NCBI GenBank assembly: GCA_965214605.1
Contig: OZ243961.1
Coordinates: 2,400,001-2,464,000, forward strand
Length of the DNA: 64,000 nt
Source of the DNA: an uncultured Candidatus Binatia bacterium
GTDB taxonomy: Bacteria > Desulfobacterota > Binatia > Bin18
Reading direction: 5' to 3'
The position numbers were made by a program, and so were the translations under genes. This document shows positions 29,537 to 39,021 of the stretch, one piece after another (within the stretch, counting starts at the first letter, position 1; each line of letters opens with the position of its first letter). The notes beneath the pieces were generated by a model. It was not told the origin of the DNA. It saw only the letters and a list, made by a program, of their open reading frames with translations, and ran no database searches.

Positions 29537-30070
29537 TCAAACCTCATCAAGCAGGCCGAAGAGGTGGTGGAATGAGCCGTCTGTGAGGCGTTGCCGGAGG
29601 CGGGACAGGACAGTCTCAAGATCTTCGGCGCTCTTGACTCTGACTTCGAGCGTTACCTCATCGCCTTCAAAGGCGGGCGGAAAAGTGATGCGGACCTGGC
29701 GGCCAAGGCCGAGTGCTTTGACACAGGACCGCAGCTCGTGTTCTAAACGGGCAATACGCGGGTAGCGCAGTTTGCGCAGCGCTTCCTTGACCGCTTTGAG
29801 CTTATCATTGCGGGATTGCCTGCGTTGTAACGGGTGCCGTATCTCTGGCCGCTGCAAGACCGTCGCAATATTTCCCCCGTCTCGCAGCACAATCTCTTCC
29901 AACCAATCAAGAAAGTCTCGGACCTGATTCTCGCCGAGTTGAAGATCATGGGCCAGACTGAGAAGCGCGTGTTGGTCGGACTCAGCCCACGCCTGCCAGC
30001 GGGTGAGCGTGGGCTGAGTCAAACGCTTTTGCTCAGCATACCTCTGAAGAGACGGACCCGTTGTCGCCAT
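29537..30070 (-). CDS. Hypothetical protein associated with the SPL-like gene
   Basis: 177 aa helical protein with LRYP and PPAFEG motifs, RBS-like GAGAG, co-oriented in the operon. Confidence 0.8.
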   Translation of the reverse strand: MATTGPSLQRYAEQKRLTQPTLTRWQAWAESDQHALLSLAHDLQLGENQVRDFLDWLEEIVLRDGGNIATVLQRPEIRHPLQRRQSRNDKLKAVKEALRKLRYPRIARLEHELRSCVKALGLGRQVRITFPPAFEGDEVTLEVRVKSAEDLETVLSRLRQRLTDGSFHHLFGLLDEV

Positions 30071-30095
30071 ACCACTCTCGGTGTTCTCTGAGGGC

Positions 30096-30929
30096 TTACC
30101 TCTCCCCTCCGTAGGCTGCTGCCAGCCGCTCGTACGCCTGTCCGCTCTTGCCCCGTTTGCGCGCTCCTCGGGCCAGAACAGCACATTTTTCGTGCAAGAC
30201 CCTGACGGTCAAGCGGCGCTGTTCGGCGGACAGGAGCCCGGAGTCCAGCAGCTTTTGGAGCGCTCTGACCCGAAATCGATCCATGCCCCAGAACCGGTGT
30301 GAGAGTTGGTCTGGATGCCCGCCGCGTTTGATGACCAGGGGCGTATCAAGCAGATGGATGGGCTGAGTCGCCCCAATCCGCAGCCACAGGTCGTAGTCTT
30401 CGCAGGCCGGCAGGCACGGGTCAAAGCCGCCAACCCGATCGAATAATGCTCGGCCCAGCATGACGGCCGAGGGACTGACCAAACACCGCTCAAGGCTGCG
30501 GGCAAAAATGTCTCCGCCCGTCTTGCGGTGCTTGGCGTGTGGATTGACCCGCACGCCGCGGCGGAGCCAGATTTCCTCAGTTTGACAGATGGACGCCTGG
30601 GGATGCGTGCTCAAGAAGGCCAGTTGGCGCTCTAGCTTGGGCGGTTGCCACACATCGTCTGAATCTAGGAAGGCCAGGTAGGGCCCGCTGCTGAGGGCGA
30701 CACCGGTGTTGCGGGCGCTCGAAACGCCCTGGTTGGCCTGACGAACGTAGCGCATGCTCGGACAGACCGACGAGAAGTCGGCGACGATCGTCGCGGTATC
30801 GTCATCCGATCCGTCATCGACCACGATCAGCTCAAAGTCCTGATAGGTCTGGGCCACAACCGAGGCAATTGCTTCCCGCACATACTCGCGTCGGTTATAG
30901 GTGGGAATGATGACAGACACCGTGGGCAT
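30096..30929 (-). CDS. Glycosyltransferase family 2
   Basis: VSVIIPTYNR, VDDGS, AFLDSDD, CEDYDLWLR and GGHPDQLS. Confidence 0.95.
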   Translation of the reverse strand: MPTVSVIIPTYNRREYVREAIASVVAQTYQDFELIVVDDGSDDDTATIVADFSSVCPSMRYVRQANQGVSSARNTGVALSSGPYLAFLDSDDVWQPPKLERQLAFLSTHPQASICQTEEIWLRRGVRVNPHAKHRKTGGDIFARSLERCLVSPSAVMLGRALFDRVGGFDPCLPACEDYDLWLRIGATQPIHLLDTPLVIKRGGHPDQLSHRFWGMDRFRVRALQKLLDSGLLSAEQRRLTVRVLHEKCAVLARGARKRGKSGQAYERLAAAYGGER

Positions 30930-30940
30930 GACAACGACTC

Positions 30941-31522
30941 TCAGCGTCCCCGCTCGGCAAACGCCTCAAGGACGGTCCACAGCGCGTCTTTACCGGTGCC
31001 GTCTTGGGCAGAAAACAGGAGGGGGGGAGAGCCGCTGAGGCGTGTCCCCAGAGCCTGACGCTGGCGCTCGCGTTGAGAGCGTTTCAGTTTGTCACACTTG
31101 GTTGCTACCACCACAAAGGGCCGGTGGTGGTGGGCTAGGAACTCGCACAGCGTGTACTCTTCGTCTTCCGGCCCGCGCCGTAGATCGACAAGAATGACGA
31201 CCCCGCACAGATTGGCGGCGTGTATCAGATAGTGTTCAATCAGGGATTGCCACGCCGAGCGGTCCTGCTTCGAAACCTTGGCATAGCCGTAGCCGGGCAG
31301 GTCAACAAAGGTCAGGGCGCGATTGACGACAAAGAAGTTCAGCTGCTGAGTCCGCCCCGGAGTACGGCCGGTGCGAGCAAGCTTACGATTGAGCAGGCGG
31401 TTGATCAGCGAGGATTTCCCGACATTCGAGCGACCGGCAAACGCGATCTCGGGATAGGGCAGTGCGGGGATCCTGCCCGGTTTTACCGCGGCCCCGACAA
31501 ATTCAACGCCTGAGACTTTCAT
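30941..31522 (-). CDS. engB: Ribosome biogenesis GTP-binding protein YihA/YsxC
   Basis: GRSNVGKSS, TPGRT, DLPGYGYA and TKCD. Confidence 0.95.
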   Translation of the reverse strand: MKVSGVEFVGAAVKPGRIPALPYPEIAFAGRSNVGKSSLINRLLNRKLARTGRTPGRTQQLNFFVVNRALTFVDLPGYGYAKVSKQDRSAWQSLIEHYLIHAANLCGVVILVDLRRGPEDEEYTLCEFLAHHHRPFVVVATKCDKLKRSQRERQRQALGTRLSGSPPLLFSAQDGTGKDALWTVLEAFAERGR

Positions 31523-31651
31523 GTGGTGCAGCCTGTGCAAGTCCTCGCATTGCAGCCCGGTCTCATTAAGGGAATTCACTCGGAGGCCGTGGGTTCCCTC
31601 TTCCTTCTGTGCTCCTTTTGCGCTAGTGAGAAGCACACTGCCACAGAGTGA

Positions 31652-32068
31652 GTGTCTGCCATGAATCAATTCTCCGGGCTGTTGATTACCGCCCTGTCCG
31701 TCTTAGTAGCCGCGATTGTTTCGGGCCTGCGCCTCAAACCCTATATCGAGGCCGGAGCGGAACGGACGCCGGCTTCGTTTATGCTGTATCCGGTGCTCGT
31801 CACGCTGGCCATCACCGTACCGACCGTCTTTCTGCTGCGCAAGGTCCAGGGCAAGAAAGACATTGACATCGGTCCGATCAGGTTCAATGACCGAATGCCG
31901 TTTATTGCCCTCGGATGTATTGTCTATGCGGTGATTTCGCTGGCCTTTTTCTACGATCGGGCCCCGGTTCCGACGGGCCTGCCTTCCTCCCAGCCTTCCC
32001 AACCGTTTGACCCGCGACCGGCACCGTCGAACGAGCCGCTCAATATTTTCTTCCCGGCGTCAATGTGA
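31652..32068 (+). CDS. Hypothetical membrane protein with three TM helices
   Basis: Three hydrophobic segments and a Pro-rich tail. Alternative ATG start at 31661. Confidence 0.7.
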   Translation: MSAMNQFSGLLITALSVLVAAIVSGLRLKPYIEAGAERTPASFMLYPVLVTLAITVPTVFLLRKVQGKKDIDIGPIRFNDRMPFIALGCIVYAVISLAFFYDRAPVPTGLPSSQPSQPFDPRPAPSNEPLNIFFPASM

Positions 32069-32074
32069 ACGCTG

Positions 32075-32509
32075 ATGACCTCCTCCTCAGGAAGAGAGCA
32101 GCGTGACTGGTATACAGCAATGGAGACTCCGCCGCTGACCGATCCGTTTGCCCTCTTGCTCGGATTCCAGATACAGGAAGTCCGCCCCGACTTCTGTCGT
32201 ATCTGCCTGCCGTTCCGGCCTGCGCTACGTACGGCTGGAGAGACAGTACACGGCGGCGCCATTGCCACCCTGATCGATAGTGCCGGAGTAGTCGCCGTCT
32301 GGTCGAACGTCACCACCTCGCCGAGCCGGGGGGCGACGGCAAATCTGACCGTCAACTTTCTAGCCGCCGCTCAGGCTGTCGATCTCTTTGCCGAAGCCAA
32401 GGTGATCCGTCGAGGCCGCAGCATGGTTTTTGTAGATATTGATGTGACCACCGTCTCTGGCCAACCCGTTGCCAAGGGACTGCTCACGTATAAGCTCAGC
32501 TATGGATAA
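32075..32509 (+). CDS. PaaI-family thioesterase
   Basis: VHGGAIATLID hot-dog fold motif. Confidence 0.92.
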   Translation: MTSSSGREQRDWYTAMETPPLTDPFALLLGFQIQEVRPDFCRICLPFRPALRTAGETVHGGAIATLIDSAGVVAVWSNVTTSPSRGATANLTVNFLAAAQAVDLFAEAKVIRRGRSMVFVDIDVTTVSGQPVAKGLLTYKLSYG

Positions 32510-32562
32510 GCTGTCCTGGTGCGCCCCTTTCCAAGCCTCGGGCTTTGGGTTAGGTATACGCA

Positions 32563-33582
32563 ATGGCCTCACTGCTTCCAGGAACCTGGCACCGTCAGTC
32601 GCCCCTCGTGTGGTCTCCCTCGGCCCCGACCCCTCAGCGGCGGCTACCGATCCTGCCGCTCATCCTTTTTGTGACGACCTTGGCCACCACCACCTTTGCC
32701 GGAGCCTTTCAGCGTGGCGAGGACCCGCTCGTCGATCCCGCAGCAATCGTGCTGGGTCTCCCTTTTGCACTCACCCTGATGTCCATCCTGCTGTCTCATG
32801 AAATGGGCCACTACTGCTTTGCCCGCTTCCACGGCGTGTTGGCGAGTTTGCCGTATTTTTTGCCCGCTCCCCCCTACCTCTTTTTTCCGATCGGGACCTT
32901 TGGCGCCTTTATCCGCATGAAATCCCCCCCGTTTGACCGACGAGCGCTGTTTGATGTGGGGGCGGCCGGTCCGTGGGCCGGTGTGTGTGTTGCGATTCCG
33001 GCGGTCATGTACGGCTTGTCGCTGTCCGAGGTTCGTCCCCTTTCTCCCTTTGATGGCGGTCTGATTCTGGGCGACTCACTGCTGTTCTCAGCCCTCACCT
33101 ATCTCGTCCTTGGCGTCGACGCCGATCAGGTGAGCGTGATTCTGCATCCGGTGGCACTGGCCGGCTGGTTTGGTCTGTTTGTCACCTGCCTCAACCTGTT
33201 ACCGGTCGGTCAGTTAGACGGCGGCCATGTGACATACTCCTTGTTTGGCCATGGCCATCGTTGGATTGCCCGGGCGTTCCTCGGCGTCATCTTCGTGCTA
33301 GGCTATCAGTACTGGTTGGGCTGGTATGTGTGGCTGGTGTTGCTCTTTCTCCTGGGCATTAACCATCCACCGATCCGTGATCTGTCGTCAGCGCTCGATC
33401 CGCGCCGCAAAATCTATGCCTGGTGCACGATTGGTCTGTTTGGGCTGACCTTTATGCCGGTGCCGCTGAGTGTTGCTGAACCATTTCCCAGCGGAGAGCT
33501 GACGCCTGTTGCCTACAATGTTGACGACGATGCCCCCCTCATCAAGAAGAGAGCATCCGTGACGTTTATCTATCGGCCATGA
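32563..33582 (+). CDS. Site-2 protease (peptidase M50)
   Basis: HEMGH, GTFGAFI, AAGP and [12 protein letters not shown]. Confidence 0.93.
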   Translation: MASLLPGTWHRQSPLVWSPSAPTPQRRLPILPLILFVTTLATTTFAGAFQRGEDPLVDPAAIVLGLPFALTLMSILLSHEMGHYCFARFHGVLASLPYFLPAPPYLFFPIGTFGAFIRMKSPPFDRRALFDVGAAGPWAGVCVAIPAVMYGLSLSEVRPLSPFDGGLILGDSLLFSALTYLVLGVDADQVSVILHPVALAGWFGLFVTCLNLLPVGQLDGGHVTYSLFGHGHRWIARAFLGVIFVLGYQYWLGWYVWLVLLFLLGINHPPIRDLSSALDPRRKIYAWCTIGLFGLTFMPVPLSVAEPFPSGELTPVAYNVDDDAPLIKKRASVTFIYRP

Positions 33583-34073
33583 GTGAGCGGCTGTCGTGGG
33601 ATCACTACTTTCTCAATATTACCCGTCAGGTTGCGGAACGCTCGACATGCCCCCGGGCAAAGGTCGGGGCAGTCATTGTGCGCGACCGGAGTATCTTGGC
33701 TTCTGGCTATAACGGCGCACCGTCGGGCTTACCCCACTGTACCGAGGTTGGCTGTTTGGTCTACGAGTCACGCAATCCGGACGGACAGATCGAGGAGAGC
33801 TGTTATCGGACGATTCATGCCGAGATCAACGCGATTGCTCAGGCGGCTAAGAACGGGGTGAGTATTCGGGACGCGGATATCTATGTCACCCATACTCCGT
33901 GTATCCATTGTCTGAAGGTCTTGATCAATACCGGCATCAAACGGATTTTCTACGACCGGACTTACAAGGGAGAAGCGATCCGCCAGCTGCTTGAGGCCTC
34001 AGACGTCGATCTCATCAAAATCGGGACGGCTTCCGGCGCGAAAAAATCGTCCTCGCGCACGCGACGAGACTAG
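33579..34073 (+). CDS. dCMP deaminase / ComEB family protein
   Basis: RSTC, GYNG, HAE and PCIHC zinc motifs. Confidence 0.93.
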   Translation: MSERLSWDHYFLNITRQVAERSTCPRAKVGAVIVRDRSILASGYNGAPSGLPHCTEVGCLVYESRNPDGQIEESCYRTIHAEINAIAQAAKNGVSIRDADIYVTHTPCIHCLKVLINTGIKRIFYDRTYKGEAIRQLLEASDVDLIKIGTASGAKKSSSRTRRD

Positions 34074-34279
34074 TCGGGCCCCTGCTCGGCCACAGCGTGG
34101 TCGGCGGACGATTCGTTTGGAGTGGCCGATTGTTCGTAGTGGCTGAATTGATTGGCGGCGGCCAGCAGCACGACGGTCAGAACCAGAACGGCAAGGATAA
34201 GGTCCAGGACACTGATCCCCCGGACACAGGCGCCGAGGGGCGCAAGACGACGAAAGAATGAGCGACGGGGTACAGACAT
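34070..34279 (-). CDS. Small single-TM protein with prepilin-like N-terminus
   Basis: 69 aa: basic leader, RG|[20 protein letters not shown], short polar tail. Lies downstream of lpxL on the same strand. Confidence 0.55.
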   Translation of the reverse strand: MSVPRRSFFRRLAPLGACVRGISVLDLILAVLVLTVVLLAAANQFSHYEQSATPNESSADHAVAEQGPD

Positions 34280-34325
34280 GGTGACAATCCTTATGGGGTC
34301 ATCTTGAGCAGCTCGGCCCGGTCGG

Positions 34326-35294
34326 TCAAGAGTAAATCGGCGGTTCGCCCGGCGGCCGACGCTTCCAGCGTTTATGAATCCACAGCCAGTGGTCGGGATA
34401 TTGCTCAACGATGCGTTGAAATACGTCTGTAAACTTTGCCGTGGTCGCCTTGAGGTCGGCCTCCTGATTGCCGGTGCGAATGGGTTCAACCGGCGGCAGA
34501 ATAACGATGCGATGACGCCAGGAACCCTGCTCTCGAATGAGAAAGGCCGGAATGACCGGAACCTGCGTGGCTAAGGCCAGGCCGGCGAGACCGGTTGAGG
34601 TCGAAGCCTGGCGCCCAAAAAAGGGCACAAAGGCGCCCATCCGTCCGGAGGCGTTCTGATCGACGGCCGCTACCACCACCCCTTTGTTGCGAATGGCTCG
34701 AAAGACTTCTAGCCCGGCGGTTGTTTTTCGGATGACGGTATTGCCGCCGCGGCGGCGCTGGTTGACGATGAGGTCATCCAGAAACGGATTGCGTAGCCGC
34801 CGATGAATAATATGCACCGGAAAGCCGTAACAGGCATGCGCGTGGGCTAAGAGTTCCCAGTTGCCGAAATGTCCGGTGAGGACGAGGGCGCCGGTGTGTT
34901 GGTATTTTTTGACGAGGCTATCCCACTGGTCTTGATCGGTAAAACGGACGCGCTCGGCAATATTGTCCGGAGTAAGACTGTGGAGGTGACAGAATTCCGC
35001 GATCAGACGCCCGAGGTTCAGCCAACTCTCGCGCAAAATCTGGGCGCGCTCGGCCGGCTTCTTGTGGGGAAAGGCCAGAGAGAGGTTGGTTAGTCCGACC
35101 CGGCGGTGGGGCCGGTCCAACCAGTACAGCAGCCGCCCAATACTCTCGCCAAGGCGGAAGGCGAGGGGAAACGGCAGCGCTTGAAAAAAGAAGAAGACAC
35201 CCCGCAGCAGGCCGTGCTCGCAGCGCGCCAGCAGCCGGTTCTTTTGACGGGCGGGGCGAATAATCTTTTTTTTGCGGTCAGGGGCTTGGGGCAT
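34326..35294 (-). CDS. lpxL: Lipid A biosynthesis acyltransferase (HtrB/LpxL family)
   Basis: GHFGNWE, DQ...VPFFG and YPDHWLWIHKRWK. Confidence 0.92.
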   Translation of the reverse strand: MPQAPDRKKKIIRPARQKNRLLARCEHGLLRGVFFFFQALPFPLAFRLGESIGRLLYWLDRPHRRVGLTNLSLAFPHKKPAERAQILRESWLNLGRLIAEFCHLHSLTPDNIAERVRFTDQDQWDSLVKKYQHTGALVLTGHFGNWELLAHAHACYGFPVHIIHRRLRNPFLDDLIVNQRRRGGNTVIRKTTAGLEVFRAIRNKGVVVAAVDQNASGRMGAFVPFFGRQASTSTGLAGLALATQVPVIPAFLIREQGSWRHRIVILPPVEPIRTGNQEADLKATTAKFTDVFQRIVEQYPDHWLWIHKRWKRRPPGEPPIYS

Positions 35295-35850
35295 CGGAGA
35301 AGGAAAAGCCGAACGCTTCACGCTCTTTGGCCTCAAGGTCGGAAAACACCCCACGGTCAATAGCCCGGTAGCGCTCAAGGGTGGCCAGCATCTTTTCCTG
35401 TCCGCCGTTGGCCGCCGCCAGTTCGTTGAGCTTGCCCTTGATCCAGCCAATATGCCACTTCTCGTCTTTGGTCACTTCGTGCAGGATGTGCAAGGTTTTG
35501 GGGTTCACACTCGGTCGCCGGGCGTGTGTGATATAGCGCTGGTAGGCCCGCTCTTCGACGACCACCGTGAGGGCAAACAGGTCGACCAAGCTCTTGGGGA
35601 TGCCGATCGACTTGCCGATACGCGTTTGATAGCCGTCCTCTATTGGCACCGGGGTGCAACCAAAGTCGGCGATATGCTTGGTCCACAGCCACACGTGGCG
35701 GGTTTCGTCAGCCAGGTGCAGGGAGAGTTTGGTTTGCGTCTCAGGGTCGTCAATGCGCATGATGAGCTTGAGCAGCAGGCTTGCGCCGCGCAGCTCAGCG
35801 TCACGGTAGTAGCTGAACAGATGAATCATCCGTGCATCCGCTGGCGTCAC
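35278..35850 (-). CDS. Ferritin-like diiron domain protein
   Basis: Two E...DExxH pairs (DAELRG/DETRH and EERA/DEKWH). GTG start behind GGAGGA. Confidence 0.85.
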   Translation of the reverse strand: MTPADARMIHLFSYYRDAELRGASLLLKLIMRIDDPETQTKLSLHLADETRHVWLWTKHIADFGCTPVPIEDGYQTRIGKSIGIPKSLVDLFALTVVVEERAYQRYITHARRPSVNPKTLHILHEVTKDEKWHIGWIKGKLNELAAANGGQEKMLATLERYRAIDRGVFSDLEAKEREAFGFSFSDAPSP

Positions 35851-35944
35851 TCTTGTATCCTCCACTACATGCAGCCTTTCATCTGAAGTAGACGTCTGTC
35901 TTCCGGTATAAAGCAAGCGTGCGGCAAAAGCAATGACCCCGGTC

Positions 35945-35982
35945 TTGACTCATCGGTCTAAACATTGACAATTATTGATGTT
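35945..35982. promoter_or_regulatory. Putative sigma70 promoter overlapping an imperfect Fur-like palindrome
   Basis: TTGACT-N16-GACAAT, a TTGACA, and the AT-rich palindrome AACATTGACAATTATTGATGTT between divergent metal-related genes. Confidence 0.4.
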
Positions 35983-36050
35983 TTCGTCTGTGTCGTACGA
36001 GTGCCATAAAACACTCAGCTTTGGCGTGGGCCGACAAGGTGAGCCGCTAC

Positions 36051-37073
36051 ATGAAAAATTGGGTCGTGCACGACGGGATTCCGAGAGGCGGTGGTTGGTG
36101 GCTGGTGATCGGGCTGTGGGTCAGCCTGCTCGGCTGTGAGCGGCAGACCGCCCAGGTCCTGGTTGGCCACCCCGCCCGCCCCTACCATTTGGAGTTGAGG
36201 CTTGAGCCGGCCGCGCCGCGCGCCGGGCAAGAAACGCATCTGCGCTTTCGCCTGTTGGACACGGCTGGAGGACAGGCGCTCAGCCCGCTCCAAATTCTGC
36301 ACGAGCGGGCTCTGCATACGTTTATCGTCAGCCGTGATCTGCGCGTTTTTTCCCATACCCATCATGAAGATTTTCTCCCGCTGACCGTCCAAGAGCTGAA
36401 CGCGGCCAGCTTTCATTTCCCGCATGTGTTTCCCCAAGCCGGGGAGTATATGATCGTGAGCGAATTTACCTACAAGGATAGGAGCTGGGTGAAACAGTTT
36501 CGGGTCTCGGTGGGTGGAGCGAATGACGCTGAGGGGGAAACCGCCGCCGGACCAAATCTGAGTCGAGACAAAGCGTTTGGCCCGTATCGGGTCAGCCTGC
36601 GTACCTCGCCCGATCCACCGGTTGCCGGCCACGAGGTCGAGTTGGTATGTGTCTTGAGCCGCAACGGGATGCCGGTGACCGACCTACAGCTGTATTTGGG
36701 GACCGAGGTCCATATGGCCAGCTGGCGGTTGGACGGAGAGCATTTTGGTCATCAACACACCTATACGCCACAGATGGCGGCTCTGATGAACCGGATGAGA
36801 ACGATGGGCTCGGACCAGGCCGTTCAGACGGCCGCCCAGATGAATCGGATGATGGTCCAGCTGATGAGCGGGCCGGCCAAACAGATCTATTCCGGGCCCG
36901 AGCTCCCGATCCACCACGTCTTTCCGACTGCGGGTTTGTACAAGCTCTTTTTTGAGACCGCTCCTGGCGGGAAACGCTTGGTGGCAGATTTCACCGTCCG
37001 GGTGGTGGACTACGAGGAGGGACGCGATACCCGTATCGAGTCCATTGTCGTTGGCGACGGAGCTGATTTGTGA
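36051..37073 (+). CDS. Putative heavy-metal-binding lipoprotein
   Basis: Lipobox SLLG-C, His motifs HERALH..SRDL..FSHTHH and HMA..HFGHQH, and a Met-rich stretch. Confidence 0.75.
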   Translation: MKNWVVHDGIPRGGGWWLVIGLWVSLLGCERQTAQVLVGHPARPYHLELRLEPAAPRAGQETHLRFRLLDTAGGQALSPLQILHERALHTFIVSRDLRVFSHTHHEDFLPLTVQELNAASFHFPHVFPQAGEYMIVSEFTYKDRSWVKQFRVSVGGANDAEGETAAGPNLSRDKAFGPYRVSLRTSPDPPVAGHEVELVCVLSRNGMPVTDLQLYLGTEVHMASWRLDGEHFGHQHTYTPQMAALMNRMRTMGSDQAVQTAAQMNRMMVQLMSGPAKQIYSGPELPIHHVFPTAGLYKLFFETAPGGKRLVADFTVRVVDYEEGRDTRIESIVVGDGADL

Positions 37074-37738
37074 GGCGCGAGTTGGATGCCGGACGGGCGC
37101 TATCGTCCCTGGGGCTGGTCGTGGGTTGGACGGTGTGGCTGATGGCAGGAGCAGCCTGGGCCGGTCACGGCTTTATGAGTAGCTTTGGCAATATTGAATG
37201 GCTGCCTGAGCCCGGCCGGACCCCCGACAGCGCGTGGTATGCGTTTGATAGCTGGGAAGAGGAGGGCCAGCTGTGGCGTGCCGAAGATGCTGTTCAACAA
37301 ACTCCACTGTACCTGCGCTTTGCCCGAGAAAAGTTGGCCGAGGTCGAGGCCATGATCAACACGGAAAATGAGGCAGCGGCGAAAATAGCGGCTGACCGCT
37401 ACCAGGACTATATGGCCCGCGCTAGGCAGCTGATTACCAAGCTCGCCCCCGGCACCTCAGACAAGGAAGGGCTGGCCGCGGCCGCGGCAACCGCTCTGCT
37501 GGAACACCAGTATATCATGGCCGTTATCTATGAGGAGTTGCCGGTCGGCTCTCGGGGAATTGTTCCGTTTTTGCTCAAAGCAGCGCAAACCTACTATGGA
37601 GACCTCAGCCCCCTGTTATCGCCTCAGAAAAAAGGGGCGCTGTTCTTTAAAGAAGAGGAGGTCCGCTGGAATGTCCAAATGGTACTTCGGGCAGAGGAAG
37701 AGGAGGGACCGAGCGGACCTCTCGAGGCAGAGCGGTGA
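37070..37738 (+). CDS. DUF5667-like secreted helical protein
   Basis: Signal peptide AWA, PGRTPDSAWY...E...AREKLAE. GTGA overlap with the upstream gene. Confidence 0.7.
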   Translation: MRRELDAGRALSSLGLVVGWTVWLMAGAAWAGHGFMSSFGNIEWLPEPGRTPDSAWYAFDSWEEEGQLWRAEDAVQQTPLYLRFAREKLAEVEAMINTENEAAAKIAADRYQDYMARARQLITKLAPGTSDKEGLAAAAATALLEHQYIMAVIYEELPVGSRGIVPFLLKAAQTYYGDLSPLLSPQKKGALFFKEEEVRWNVQMVLRAEEEEGPSGPLEAER

Positions 37739-38145
37739 TCAAGAAAGTCCTCCAGGGCTGGTGGGCACGCTTTGGTTCCGCCCCAGACACCGAGCGGGCC
37801 GTCCCATCCGCCTTAGAGCTGTCCGCCGAGGACGATCCGCCCTGGTCTGAGCCGACCGCGCCCCTTGTACTGCCGCTCGAAGACGTGATTGACCTGCACC
37901 CGTTTGCGCCCCGAGAGATACGCAGCGTTGTTGAGGAGTACCTGTCGGCCTGTTGTCAGGCCGGCCTGAGCACGGTACGTCTCATCCATGGCAAGGGCAG
38001 GGGCGTACAGCGCAACAGTATCCGGGCGCTGTTAGCGCGCCTGTCCTACGTTGAGAGTTATCAAGATGCCCCGCCTGAGGCGGGGGGCTGGGGCGCTACG
38101 GTGGTTACGCTCAAACCTCCCTTCGCCAAGAAGCCCGGGCCCTGA
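37735..38145 (+). CDS. Smr/MutS2 C-terminal domain protein
   Basis: IDLH, IHGKGRG and GGWGATVV. Confidence 0.92.
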   Translation: MIKKVLQGWWARFGSAPDTERAVPSALELSAEDDPPWSEPTAPLVLPLEDVIDLHPFAPREIRSVVEEYLSACCQAGLSTVRLIHGKGRGVQRNSIRALLARLSYVESYQDAPPEAGGWGATVVTLKPPFAKKPGP

Positions 38146-38215
38146 CCGGTTTCCTCTTGTCTTTGTGGCGCGCACCACGCTACATATGGGGGACGACAGC
38201 TGAGGAGGGAGTACC

Positions 38216-38959
38216 ATGGAGACGACCGAAACCTTTATCAACAATCTGCGCTCGTATATTCAACACGAAGACCAAAAGCCGCTGCTAGGTCCCAGTTTTT
38301 ACCAAGGTCTGGTCGACGGGAAATTGTCCCGACAGCAGCTCAAGAGTTGGGCTCTGAATCTATTCTACGTCACCGGCCAGCACATCCGGGCCTTTGGCGG
38401 TATTTTCATGAATACCGGACTTGGTCCGATGGATCAGCGTATCCGGCGTCATATTGTTGAAAACCTGATCGACGAAGAGACAACTATGGGTCGTGGCGAC
38501 GACGCGCACTGGATGCTGTCTATGCGACTGGCCAAAGCCTTGGGCGCTAGCGACGAAGAGATTCTGCATCCGGTTGTGGCCAAAGAAGCGGTCGAGTATG
38601 TGGACTGGGTGATTGAACTGGGTCGCCGAGAGTACGGCTTGGTGACCCTGGCTGCGATGTCGATTGGCGGAGAGACCCGCAGCGATAGCTCAATGAAGGG
38701 ACTACTCAAGGCGCTGCGTGAACAGTACGGCCTGACCAAGCAAGACCTGGGGTTCTTCTACGCCCATGTCGGTGAGGCCGAAGCCCACGGCGAGCCGGTC
38801 TTCAAGATGGTCAGCGAGTATGCCGACAGCGAAGAGAAGCAGCGCAAGATCCGGGACAGTATCCAAACATGGTGTGAGAAGTTCAGCGCCGCCCACGAGG
38901 GAGGCTATCGGGTTGCCATGGGCCTTGACTCAGGCATACAAGTTGATGTCAGCCACTGA
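38216..38959 (+). CDS. Heme-oxygenase-like diiron enzyme (PqqC/CADD-like)
   Basis: GKLSRQQLKSW, ENLIDEE..x..H, GET and FFYAHVGEAEAH ligand pattern. RBS GAGGAGG. Confidence 0.82.
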   Translation: METTETFINNLRSYIQHEDQKPLLGPSFYQGLVDGKLSRQQLKSWALNLFYVTGQHIRAFGGIFMNTGLGPMDQRIRRHIVENLIDEETTMGRGDDAHWMLSMRLAKALGASDEEILHPVVAKEAVEYVDWVIELGRREYGLVTLAAMSIGGETRSDSSMKGLLKALREQYGLTKQDLGFFYAHVGEAEAHGEPVFKMVSEYADSEEKQRKIRDSIQTWCEKFSAAHEGGYRVAMGLDSGIQVDVSH

Positions 38960-39021
38960 GGTGAAGACGGCCACGAAAATTTTGGTGGGTGTTGAGAGCC
39001 CGCAAACGAACAGGAGGCCAT

